The translations under genes and the position numbers were made by a program. A stretch of 64,000 nucleotides of DNA. Source: a virus. Position 1 is the stretch's first letter. The number at the start of each line of letters is the position of its first letter. The notes under the pieces were generated by a model. The model had not been told where the DNA came from. It saw only the letters and a program-made list of their open reading frames with translations, and did not search any database. Shown here in pieces: positions 19,856 through 30,055 of this stretch. The stretch spans positions 32,001 to 96,000 of the IMG/VR virus record IMGVR_UViG_3300017784_007549. One strand, given 5' to 3'.

Positions 19856-21499
19856 ATGGCATATAATTTTACAGACGCAACACTTCTTGGTTACCAAGTA
19901 AATAAAAATTACTTGGGCGAAGGCGTTTTTGCGCTTAGTACAATAAAAAACATTTCTATAGAGGGCATTCTTGATAATAGATTAACCAATTCAGATTCAG
20001 AAGGTGTTAAAGAAAATTTTCAAAAGATATCAGGATTTTTAACTGGTATTGTAAATGCGTATGATGCAGTTATCGTAAATGGTTATAATTTAGGAACAGG
20101 CAAAGTTAACAACTTATCTTTTCCAGACCAAAACCCAATAAGGCTTGGATCATATAAATATGATATAGAAATTGTTGAAAATTCAGACTTTTCTAATATA
20201 CAAACTGGAGATATTTATGGAACTTTTCTTTCTGGAGTAAATGATAAAATTTTAGCATTAGATGAAACTTTAAATTTTGATAATACCGCAAATGGAGACT
20301 ATTCATATAACCACGATCTTAATATTCAATACTATGATACTGGATCTGATTTATTTACTAAATCTAAAAATTTCGCTAATTCTGTTTATAATGATTCTTT
20401 GAAGTTAGGTTTGATTGGTCCATTTTCTGGATTTTATGATGTATTAAAAACAAAGAAAAACTATTTTTCTGAAACGTACGATTTAATAAGTAAACGATGT
20501 GGATTCTCCAAGAAAATTTTAATTAATAAAAATTACAATAATAACTATACAACCACTTTAAATCATACTATTACTTTGGACGCTAATGGAAAAATTTCAG
20601 TAACAGAACAAGGAGTAATTAAAGGTTTAGACAATACCTTAAACTATACAGCAGATAATTATTTTAATACAGAACTAGCAAATTCATATAATAGATGCCA
20701 AGACGTATTTAATGTTTATGTTGAAAAATATGGATTAGGAGCAAAAGATTCATTATTTAATCAACCATTTAATCTTGGAAAAACTTCTGATTGGTTTAAT
20801 AATTCTTTAGAATATAGCGTTAGTTATGTTAATGATCCAGCTTTTGAAGGAAACGTAATCAATACTTACAATATAACAATAAACAAAGACGTACAAGAGA
20901 TTGGAGTTTATACTGAACAAGGCGAAATAATTCAAGTTGGACAAGTCGGAGATATTACAGGACTTAATTTAATTAAAACAAAATATCAAGCCGCAAAAAC
21001 TAGAGCATCTACAAATTATCCAACTTATAAATTAAGAAATAGTTCATTTAGCGCCGGTACCTTAAATTCAAATTCTACTTCAACCTATAACAATAATTTC
21101 TCTTATTCAATAGAAAAAACAAATGATAATTCTATCTTAGAAGGTGATCCTTATTATAAAAGTTTATCTATGAAAATAGATGATCAAAACCCAACTAATA
21201 TGTATAAAGAATATATCATTGCAAATAAAAATCCAAAAAATGTATTATTCTTATTTGGCAATCAAGTAGAAATTGGCAATAGATCCGTTAATATAAATGG
21301 CACTCTTGTAAGATCAACTAATAACTCTTGGAGTACGCCAATAACTTTTCCATTAGCTGATCTTAAAAGCAAAAGTATATCTGGCGCATTAAATCTTATA
21401 TCAAATGATGCTTATATTGATAATATAAACTATAGTTATGATTCAGATAATAATTTTTCATTTAATCTATCAATCAAATATTTAGATAAGGTGGTATAA
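19856..21499 (+). CDS. Tail-tip/distal tail protein
   Basis: First gene after TMP, beta-rich; apparent paralog of the next gene. Confidence 0.55.
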   Translation: MAYNFTDATLLGYQVNKNYLGEGVFALSTIKNISIEGILDNRLTNSDSEGVKENFQKISGFLTGIVNAYDAVIVNGYNLGTGKVNNLSFPDQNPIRLGSYKYDIEIVENSDFSNIQTGDIYGTFLSGVNDKILALDETLNFDNTANGDYSYNHDLNIQYYDTGSDLFTKSKNFANSVYNDSLKLGLIGPFSGFYDVLKTKKNYFSETYDLISKRCGFSKKILINKNYNNNYTTTLNHTITLDANGKISVTEQGVIKGLDNTLNYTADNYFNTELANSYNRCQDVFNVYVEKYGLGAKDSLFNQPFNLGKTSDWFNNSLEYSVSYVNDPAFEGNVINTYNITINKDVQEIGVYTEQGEIIQVGQVGDITGLNLIKTKYQAAKTRASTNYPTYKLRNSSFSAGTLNSNSTSTYNNNFSYSIEKTNDNSILEGDPYYKSLSMKIDDQNPTNMYKEYIIANKNPKNVLFLFGNQVEIGNRSVNINGTLVRSTNNSWSTPITFPLADLKSKSISGALNLISNDAYIDNINYSYDSDNNFSFNLSIKYLDKVV

Positions 21500-21500
21500 A

Positions 21501-23117
21501 ATGGCTGATACAATTATAAAATATAATAATAAAACAATACCATTTCCAACGCCACTAGTTACGTTAGAAAGAGAAAATCTTTACTATAATCAATACTGGG
21601 GAAATTCTGATAAAATTGTTTTAAATGGACAAATTAGTGGCACAAAAAATTGTTCTCCATTTGCTTCAATAACGAGTGGTCAAACTGGACTGTTAGGCAT
21701 ATTTAATCAAAATTTTGGAACTTTTGAAATATATGAAGATGCACAAAAAATTTATGAAAATAGTGGCATCATAGTAAGATCTATAAATTTTAATGAATCT
21801 ACTTATGCAGGATTAATAGATTATACAATAGAATTAAATTCAACTAGACCTAGTGGCGATATTATTGATCCAAGTAATGAATATAGTTTTACTGAAAATG
21901 AAAATAAAACAGTATCTTTATCTCATAATGTTTCCGCTAAAGGAATCAACACAAATTTAAATCCAAGCAAATCTAATGCAATAAATAATGCTATATCTTT
22001 TGTTAGATCTAATACTGGGCTAGCAAATGTTCCAACTACTAAATTTATATCTGGAGCAAGCAATAAATTTTATTTACAGAATTTTTCTGAATCAATAGAT
22101 AGATTGAATAATGTCTATTCTGTTCAAGAAACCTATCTTAGCAATCTTTTAAATACAGGATCATCTGGTAGTTTAACTTATACTTCCGATATAACATCTG
22201 GCGCAGATTCTAATATAGTTCAAATCAATTTACGTGGACAATATAAAGGCCAAAAGAACGGTAATATAAATGATTTAAGAAATAGTTTAAATGTAACTGG
22301 ACTATTATCTGGAATCTATTCTGGTTATTATAATCCAACCCCAATTCAGTATAATGTAACAGAAAATACTGGCGAAAATTTAATTAATTTTGATTATTCT
22401 TTTGATAATTTAAACCTTCCTAATCCATACTTTAAATATGATGCAAATATATCTAGAGATGAAATTCAACAACTTTACAATATTCAAGTAAGAGGAGATA
22501 TTATAGCAAGAGGCAATAGGGCTTATAGATATTTCTTATCAACGGGAAATTTAATCAATTTAACTGGTCAATTATTAAGTGTCGCTAGTGGTATTTTAAC
22601 TGGATTTAAAGACTTTAATAGTGATGCAGTGCCTTCTAATTTGAGATTATTAAATGTAAGTATTGATCAAAATCCTAATAACGGCACAGTTTCAGCAAAT
22701 GCATCGTATGATGATAGATTTATGCCTACTGGTAATTTTGTTGATGCTACTTATAATGTGTCAGTAGAAGCGCCTCATTGGTATATGAATAATCAACCAA
22801 CTTGCAATATTAAGGGTTATCACATAATAAATGATTTTGATATTACGACTTTACCTAAATTAAATATTAATACTACATTTAAAGCTAAAGATATCAAAGG
22901 AACAAGCACTGAATCTGGTTTAAAGCAGTTAGCCTCAACTCTTACAAATAATCTTGTTCCAACTAATTATAATTATAATACTCAATTAAAAGCTACTGAA
23001 TCGTATAATAAAAAATATAATAATATGACCTCATTAAGCGAAATATCTTATAAATTAGACAAAATAGATATTTCTAATGAAAATTCTTTACTACCAAAAT
23101 TCAATACTATAACTTAA
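21501..23117 (+). CDS. Tail-tip/distal tail protein
   Basis: Position; FSE.xD and SH[ND] blocks shared with the upstream gene. Confidence 0.55.
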   Translation: MADTIIKYNNKTIPFPTPLVTLERENLYYNQYWGNSDKIVLNGQISGTKNCSPFASITSGQTGLLGIFNQNFGTFEIYEDAQKIYENSGIIVRSINFNESTYAGLIDYTIELNSTRPSGDIIDPSNEYSFTENENKTVSLSHNVSAKGINTNLNPSKSNAINNAISFVRSNTGLANVPTTKFISGASNKFYLQNFSESIDRLNNVYSVQETYLSNLLNTGSSGSLTYTSDITSGADSNIVQINLRGQYKGQKNGNINDLRNSLNVTGLLSGIYSGYYNPTPIQYNVTENTGENLINFDYSFDNLNLPNPYFKYDANISRDEIQQLYNIQVRGDIIARGNRAYRYFLSTGNLINLTGQLLSVASGILTGFKDFNSDAVPSNLRLLNVSIDQNPNNGTVSANASYDDRFMPTGNFVDATYNVSVEAPHWYMNNQPTCNIKGYHIINDFDITTLPKLNINTTFKAKDIKGTSTESGLKQLASTLTNNLVPTNYNYNTQLKATESYNKKYNNMTSLSEISYKLDKIDISNENSLLPKFNTIT

Positions 23118-23118
23118 T

Positions 23119-24927
23119 ATGAAATTAGAATTTATAACAGGATATTTAAGCGATAACCAAAGAAATACAGGTTCATTAGAAATTTATTATGATTTTAGTG
23201 GAATATCTGGTTTTTTCGTTCCTAATAGGTTATATGGAAATCAAACTCAATTTAATAAAATAGGGGGTGGATTTACTGCCAATAGTGAGTATCATCCCGG
23301 AATTTTCGTATCATGTTACCAACAAAGTGGGTTTACTGGCTCTGGAATTTTCGAAGGAACAAATAACCTCAAAGTACTAAATCAACTGAGTGGAAATAAT
23401 TTGAGTTTGTTTTATAATTTTGGTGCATTAAATTGTAATAAAAATTTTTCAATAGGACCAAAACAAATAAATATACCAACTGGTCAAATTCAAGTTTTAA
23501 GTTATATTGAATCTGCTAGTTCGAACAATAATCCTTTTGAAATGATCTTGGGTTTAAATGACGCTTATAAATTAACATTAGAATTTTCTGGCAAAATTAA
23601 TAATAGTTCTGTTGAAAATTATAAGTTAACAAACGTCAGCGAATTATCTTTTCAAAATGTTGGAACCCTAAGATTAAATGATAAAAATGTAGAGTTCACA
23701 TATTTTGATATAATTGAAGATGAGATTTATAATAAAATTTTAAATTTAACTGGATCATATTTTAATCAAGATAAAAATATTTATATAGGGAATATACCTA
23801 CTGGAAAATATAGAAATGGATATACTGGATTTATTGGAATTGTAGATGATTTTGTTGCATTTGATGAATATTTTGATGCTAATTTTTGCGCAGGGCTTTC
23901 AAGACTCTTTGTGAAAACTGGAAATAGAGTTGAAACATTAAATTTAACTGGAGTTAAATATAATATAATACAAAGTGGTTTTTTAAATCCAACTGGCATC
24001 TTAGGAACAGGAATTACTGGATATCAAATTGTAGCTTCTAATGAAATTATAAATTCTAGTTGTGGAGATAATTGCATTGTTTATGTTAAATCTGGAATAA
24101 CAGGATTAATTACTGGAGAAAAAATAGAATATCGTGTTGTTGGACAAGAAGAATATACAACAATACAAAAACAAATAAAATACAATTTATATGATCAAGA
24201 TTATGCTGCAAGATTTACAAAAGATTATATAGTATTCACGCCTCAATTAGATAGTAAAGATGTATTTAATATTCAATTATATAAAGATGTTGATACTAAA
24301 GTAGAAGTACCAGATTACGCTATTTTAAGTAAAAATTATTTAACACAAGATACTTTGACGGATAGAAATCTATTAATATTTTTCAATGGAGTAAATATTT
24401 CTTCTGGTAGTTATCAAATAATTGGAAGTGATACAAGATTTATTATAAATAATTATGATAAAGACTCTAAAGATTTTGTATCTTATAGTTTATCTAGTTT
24501 TTCAGATATAGAAAATTATCTTTTTAATTTTGATGATAATGATCCTGCGGTTGGAAATTACATTCTTATAACTAATCTAAATAATAAAAAATATGATGTA
24601 TTCTTAAATGGTCAAAAATTAGTATCTGGACTTAATTATATAAATTCTGGAATAAATAATTCTTTATATTTGAATAAAAATTTACCAGATGGGACATTAT
24701 ATATTACTCAAGACAATTTTGATTATGAAGTAACTGGTTCAAATTTAAAATTATATCATTCTACCGAAAATTATAATAATGAAAGAATTTGGCTAAATGG
24801 CATTTTCCAAAACAAAAATGAAAATTACTTATTAACTTCTTGTATTAATGCTATGCTTCAAGCCACTGGTGATATTGAAGCTAAAGATGAAAGTATATTC
24901 AATAATGAATACTATAGATTTATTTAA
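23119..24927 (+). CDS. Tail protein with ConA/LamG-like region
   Basis: IYIGN...FIGIVDDFVAF LamG-like pattern; repeated [VI]FxNG motifs. Confidence 0.55.
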   Translation: MKLEFITGYLSDNQRNTGSLEIYYDFSGISGFFVPNRLYGNQTQFNKIGGGFTANSEYHPGIFVSCYQQSGFTGSGIFEGTNNLKVLNQLSGNNLSLFYNFGALNCNKNFSIGPKQINIPTGQIQVLSYIESASSNNNPFEMILGLNDAYKLTLEFSGKINNSSVENYKLTNVSELSFQNVGTLRLNDKNVEFTYFDIIEDEIYNKILNLTGSYFNQDKNIYIGNIPTGKYRNGYTGFIGIVDDFVAFDEYFDANFCAGLSRLFVKTGNRVETLNLTGVKYNIIQSGFLNPTGILGTGITGYQIVASNEIINSSCGDNCIVYVKSGITGLITGEKIEYRVVGQEEYTTIQKQIKYNLYDQDYAARFTKDYIVFTPQLDSKDVFNIQLYKDVDTKVEVPDYAILSKNYLTQDTLTDRNLLIFFNGVNISSGSYQIIGSDTRFIINNYDKDSKDFVSYSLSSFSDIENYLFNFDDNDPAVGNYILITNLNNKKYDVFLNGQKLVSGLNYINSGINNSLYLNKNLPDGTLYITQDNFDYEVTGSNLKLYHSTENYNNERIWLNGIFQNKNENYLLTSCINAMLQATGDIEAKDESIFNNEYYRFI

Positions 24928-24929
24928 TA

Positions 24930-24935
24930 GTGTAA
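24930..24935 (+). promoter_or_regulatory. GTGTAA putative late-promoter element
   Basis: Intergenic; GTGTAAAtATAGATA nearly identical to GTGTAAAgATAGATA at 12132. Confidence 0.65.
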
Positions 24936-24963
24936 ATATAGATAGGTATAAGGAGCAAGGTTC

Positions 24964-27264
24964 ATGCCAATAAGATCTATTGAAAAGATTAAGATAGGTA
25001 ATTACCCAGATGGTAAGTTCGCAAATGGATATATATACTCTGCTCAAATTAGTCAAGGATATAGCGAAAACTCTAATAAATTAACAATTGATATCGTTTA
25101 TGAACAAAATGCAAATATCGTATTACCTGATAAAAATTTAACTACTTCTTATAGAGTCCAATTTGGAGATATTGTTTTTCCTCAAATGTATTTTATTGCT
25201 CATTCTAAAAGCGTAGGGGTAAATGAAGAAACAATTACTTGTACTTTTTCGGATAATTCAGTTTTACTTGATAGATATTTTGTTGGACTTACAAATAGAC
25301 ATTATAGAATTGGAGAAAATAATGGGGCATTTAATGTAAGTGTAATTTGTGCTAATTGTGATAATACAATAGGAATAAGAAATGGAAATGTTTTTAGAGC
25401 CGTAGCAAGTTCTCCTAATCTTTTAGTAAATAATCTTTTAGTTGTTGGCGATGAAGAGTTTGTTGATCAAGCTTGTGATGTGCCAGATGTTAAATATAAC
25501 TTTACAAGCCTTCTTGCTACGATGGCAAAAATACCTAATTTTTCTTTTAAAAATTTTACGGATATAAATCCAAATTATAGAACTTCTTATACAGGAACTC
25601 TCAGGGAAGTTTTATCTAATTGGTGCTCTGATTTTGGTTTTAGTTTTTATTGGGATTTTATAAGTAATAGTTTAATTTGTATCGATCTTAGAGATCCAAT
25701 AGATTTAACTCCTGTTTCAAATTTTATAACAGAAAATTTTAATCAAGCAAATTCAATCTCAAATTTACCTGTATCAAATTATTCTGAGCAAGAAAGTTTA
25801 GAGGGTACATACCAACAAGATAATATTGATTTTGTTTTAAAACCTTCTAGGACGAAAGAAAGACAATTTGTAGATTTTTTTCCAATAACATACAATTGTT
25901 TAACTGTAGAAAATGCCTTTTCAAATGATTATTTTAATTATGGAAGTGCTTTTAGAATTGGTTGTGTTTTAGCAAAATATAATCAACAAGCAAGAACCTT
26001 GTATCATTTACAAGGTAATAGATATGGGCTTGTTGGTTTTAATTTAGTATACAATGGTATAGAAACTTATGTTTTGCAAAATGTTTTAAAAAACATAAAT
26101 GAATTTTATTATTCTGGTGGTCCAACGAGAATAATATTAGGAATTTATAATCAAAGTGTCGATCTAGCAAATGGAGATCGAGAGGCTGCGATTGCTAGTA
26201 ATTTTATAGGAAAATATTATTATAATGCAAACTATGTAAAATGGAAAGACTTATATTGCGATAATAATGCTAGACTAACCTTATCAACAACAGTTGTGCC
26301 AGATCCAGACTGTACTAGTCCTCTTCCTTGGAAAGAATATGGCGGAACATATGTTCCTCCCGGAGTAGGAGTTAATTGTTTACACACTAGAGGAGGGGCT
26401 GCTTACTCAGAAAGTAATGTTGAGGGTTTTAATATGGATAATATAGGACCAATATTTACTAATATTGAAGGAGAATTGGCTGACCAAGTATACAATGCTC
26501 TTTTAACTATAAATCGATTTGACCCAAAACCAGATAGATATAGAGGTTTAACAATTATTGCTTATAAACCTTTATTATCAGTAAGTTCTACTAATAATAA
26601 TTATAATTCTGCAGAAGAAGGTTTTATACCAGCTCAATATGAATCTAATCAGATTTTTGGATGTTCAACTGTTTGCGAAAAAGATGCTGGATCTGAAATT
26701 TGCAGTAGAGTTTGCACAAGACTATCTACTCCAAATTATGGTTTAGTTAGTAAACTATCTGGTGGAATATTCGTAACGAATTTATTTAATAATTCAAATA
26801 TGAGTATAGTTTTTCCATCTGAACAAAGTTATTTAGGTTATATAAAAGCCGAAGGAACTCTATATTATACAGAAAAGGGAATTAAGGCGATGAATCTTAC
26901 TAGTAATACTAATTTTAAAGTAGATCCAAATGCGATGGCTTATTCAATTAATCTAAATGATATAACCACAGAAGAACCATCTGTAGGAACTTTAAATATT
27001 AAAACAATTGATCAAAATAGTAATGAACTAAGTATTGTGCAGAAAAATTCTAGAAAGAATATTTCTTTAAAAATAATTGGAATGAATTATGGTAATCTCA
27101 ATAGTTATCTTAATCCTCAATCTGGTTTGACTAGTTTGAATGTTTATTTAAATGATAATGGCGTATTTACAGATTTAAATTTTGAAAATAGACCTGCTCA
27201 AAAATCAAAAGCTGAAGTAGTTATGCAAAAGATTGGGCCACAAAAAATAAGGGTTATAAAATAA
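24964..27264 (+). CDS. Baseplate hub/tail-tip protein, cysteine-rich
   Basis: TLREVLSNWCSDFGFSFYWD hub-like pattern; CxxC and multiple Cys. Confidence 0.6.
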   Translation: MPIRSIEKIKIGNYPDGKFANGYIYSAQISQGYSENSNKLTIDIVYEQNANIVLPDKNLTTSYRVQFGDIVFPQMYFIAHSKSVGVNEETITCTFSDNSVLLDRYFVGLTNRHYRIGENNGAFNVSVICANCDNTIGIRNGNVFRAVASSPNLLVNNLLVVGDEEFVDQACDVPDVKYNFTSLLATMAKIPNFSFKNFTDINPNYRTSYTGTLREVLSNWCSDFGFSFYWDFISNSLICIDLRDPIDLTPVSNFITENFNQANSISNLPVSNYSEQESLEGTYQQDNIDFVLKPSRTKERQFVDFFPITYNCLTVENAFSNDYFNYGSAFRIGCVLAKYNQQARTLYHLQGNRYGLVGFNLVYNGIETYVLQNVLKNINEFYYSGGPTRIILGIYNQSVDLANGDREAAIASNFIGKYYYNANYVKWKDLYCDNNARLTLSTTVVPDPDCTSPLPWKEYGGTYVPPGVGVNCLHTRGGAAYSESNVEGFNMDNIGPIFTNIEGELADQVYNALLTINRFDPKPDRYRGLTIIAYKPLLSVSSTNNNYNSAEEGFIPAQYESNQIFGCSTVCEKDAGSEICSRVCTRLSTPNYGLVSKLSGGIFVTNLFNNSNMSIVFPSEQSYLGYIKAEGTLYYTEKGIKAMNLTSNTNFKVDPNAMAYSINLNDITTEEPSVGTLNIKTIDQNSNELSIVQKNSRKNISLKIIGMNYGNLNSYLNPQSGLTSLNVYLNDNGVFTDLNFENRPAQKSKAEVVMQKIGPQKIRVIK

Positions 27265-27265
27265 T

Positions 27266-30049
27266 ATGATTTTTAGTGGAAATAATTATTTATCATTAAG
27301 TTACCAAACTGGTTTATCTTTTAATGTAGATGTAGCAGTAGATAATTTAAATGGTAATTGTAACTTAGGTTTTAGTGGACAAAATAAAAATTTAAATTTT
27401 AAATTTGATCAGGGCAAAATTTTTGATCCAGAAAATAGACTAGTTTATTTTTACGAAGCAAATGAAAATATTAATATATCTGGAGATATTTCTCCCAATA
27501 AATATTCCTATTATATAAATAATGATCCTATTTGTTTGAATGGAAATAAAACTTCTTATACGATAAGTGGATATTATGTTAATACATCAAATTGTAGCGC
27601 TGATTCAAAAGTGATAATTCAAGGAGCAAGGCCAACCTATAGTTTAAATTTAAGTCCAATTTTTTATATAACTGGAATAAATTATCTTACTGGATCTATA
27701 AATAATGGTAATAATTTAAATTTTCAAATATATAGTGGTTCTGTTTCAATTCCAGAAGGCTTTACTATTCAAAATATATCAAATTTTGTAACCAACACGG
27801 GTTATTTTCAAATTAACCACTATCCAATTACTAGTGGTCAGTTAGAAGACGAAAGACTATATGAAGTACAATTAAATCTTTTTACAAATTTTGGAGAAGT
27901 TACTGAGAATTTTACAACGACAGGTTCTTATTCAGGTTATGTTAATGTTAATTTGGATGTGTCCAATATATCAGATTTTTTTACAAGAACTGGAATTCAA
28001 ACTGGCCTTGGAAACTTTAAAGATAATAATTTTTCTACAACTTTTAGTATTATAAGTGGAAGTTTAAGGTCTGCTCCAACAGAATTAAATAAATATCTAC
28101 ATGTAAAATTAGAATATAGTGGTGGAAATACTGGTAATTTTAATTATAATATTTTTGCAACTGGATATAGAAATGATACTATAACTGGATTTATAAGTGG
28201 TACAGGATTTTTATCTAAACGAATTAGTTTTGCTGGAACTGGATATGATGATATTTCTGGCATTTCTAGAACAGGATTTATAACTGGAGTAATAGGGAAT
28301 TCATTTGCTATTAACGGGTCAACTAATCAAAATGTTAATATAATATATTCTGGTTATATAAATGATTATCTTGTTACTACAGCTTCTAGAATAACGATAA
28401 GTGGTGCAGCAATAAATGGAGAATTAAATTACTATAGCTATTTATATATAAATGAGTATAATGATACAGTCAATATCAGTGGAAATGATTTAAGAACTGG
28501 TGATTTTTTTGGATCTTCTGTTGCAGGAACTTTAGGCCAATTAGTTATAATTGGTAGTCCGGGGTCTGATCTTAATACATATAGAGATGCAGGTAGTATA
28601 TACATTTTCACTGGTTCAAATACAGGGCTTTCTCAAGTAGCTAAAATAACTGGAGATAATTTACGTACTGGAGATGGATTTGGCTCAAGTTTAGCCGCAA
28701 GTACTAATGGAAATATTATTTACGTTGGAGCAACTGGTAAAAAAATCAACGGAATAAATTCAGTTACTGGTGGGGCAGTTTTTATATTTACTGGAAATTA
28801 TTTGATAAATTCATGGGTACAAGATATGATGCTAACTGGAAGTGACGCAAGCGGAATAGATTTATTTGGATATTCAGTAGCCAATAATATAACAAATAAT
28901 ATTTTAAGCGTAGGTGCGCCAAATAAAAAAATAGGAAACTCTTCTTCTGCTGGTGCTGCTTACCTTTTTACTGGAAACGGAATAGATTTTTGGTCACAAT
29001 GGTCTGGAAAAATCACTGGTCAAGATACGGCTGCTGGAGATAGTTTTGGTTTTTCAACAAAAATTTCTGATAATGGACAGAATATCTTCGTAGGTGCACC
29101 AAATGATACTCTAGGATCATATACAAATGCTGGAGCAGTTTATATTTTTACTGGCAATGCAATAGATTTTTGGGCCCAATCATTAAAAATAACAGGATCA
29201 AGATTAAATACTAATCATGGATTTGGACATTCAATATCTATAAATTCGAACGGAAGAATTATTGCTATAGGCGCAACTGGAAGCAATTTAGCTTCAGGAA
29301 ATGTTTATGTATTCACTGGAAATGGTACAAATTTGTGGAGAGAAAGTCAAATATTAACTGGAAGTGATTTAAATTCTAATGCTCAATTTGGGTATTCAAT
29401 TAAAATGAATCCAGATGCGACGAAACTTTTAGTTGGCGCAGTTAATAGAACTGTGGGAGGAAGTACATCGGCGGGAAGTATTTATGTATTTACTGGTCAA
29501 AATGGTTTTTGGATTCAAGATAGATTAATCACAGGAAATTTAATTCAAAATAATAAAAAATTAGGATATTCATTAGATTTCTTTAATAATGAATCTTCGA
29601 TAATTGCTGGAATACCGCTTTATGATAACAATACTTATGCAGACTGTGGATTAGTAAAAAGATTCGATTACTTACAACTTTCTGGTTTTATAGAAAAAAT
29701 TATAGCCACAGGAAATATATCTTCAACTAATTCCTATTTAGCTACTGGAAATATTACTGGAAATTCATATAAAAGAATTTTTACAGAAGCATTTAATTTA
29801 CTTACTGGTTTTTATATAAGCGGCAATCCAACTGGATTGGTAGATTTTTCAGCTAATAATTATATACAAAATGGATATTATGTGAGAAGTGGAATAATAA
29901 ATACTGGAATTAATAATATTTTTATTCAAGTTAAAACTAAAAATTATCCTGATATTAATGTATTGACGGGAAAATTAACTATTAGTGGTTATACTTTAGA
30001 TAATAAAAGTAATAACATTGATATACAATATATAACAGGAGCAAGGTAA
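27266..30049 (+). CDS. Tail adhesin with seven FG-GAP (integrin alpha-like) repeats
   Basis: Seven FG.S...[VI]GA[PT]...G.[VI]Y.FTG units at ~28480-29665. Confidence 0.8.
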   Translation: MIFSGNNYLSLSYQTGLSFNVDVAVDNLNGNCNLGFSGQNKNLNFKFDQGKIFDPENRLVYFYEANENINISGDISPNKYSYYINNDPICLNGNKTSYTISGYYVNTSNCSADSKVIIQGARPTYSLNLSPIFYITGINYLTGSINNGNNLNFQIYSGSVSIPEGFTIQNISNFVTNTGYFQINHYPITSGQLEDERLYEVQLNLFTNFGEVTENFTTTGSYSGYVNVNLDVSNISDFFTRTGIQTGLGNFKDNNFSTTFSIISGSLRSAPTELNKYLHVKLEYSGGNTGNFNYNIFATGYRNDTITGFISGTGFLSKRISFAGTGYDDISGISRTGFITGVIGNSFAINGSTNQNVNIIYSGYINDYLVTTASRITISGAAINGELNYYSYLYINEYNDTVNISGNDLRTGDFFGSSVAGTLGQLVIIGSPGSDLNTYRDAGSIYIFTGSNTGLSQVAKITGDNLRTGDGFGSSLAASTNGNIIYVGATGKKINGINSVTGGAVFIFTGNYLINSWVQDMMLTGSDASGIDLFGYSVANNITNNILSVGAPNKKIGNSSSAGAAYLFTGNGIDFWSQWSGKITGQDTAAGDSFGFSTKISDNGQNIFVGAPNDTLGSYTNAGAVYIFTGNAIDFWAQSLKITGSRLNTNHGFGHSISINSNGRIIAIGATGSNLASGNVYVFTGNGTNLWRESQILTGSDLNSNAQFGYSIKMNPDATKLLVGAVNRTVGGSTSAGSIYVFTGQNGFWIQDRLITGNLIQNNKKLGYSLDFFNNESSIIAGIPLYDNNTYADCGLVKRFDYLQLSGFIEKIIATGNISSTNSYLATGNITGNSYKRIFTEAFNLLTGFYISGNPTGLVDFSANNYIQNGYYVRSGIINTGINNIFIQVKTKNYPDINVLTGKLTISGYTLDNKSNNIDIQYITGAR

Positions 30050-30055
30050 TAATTT

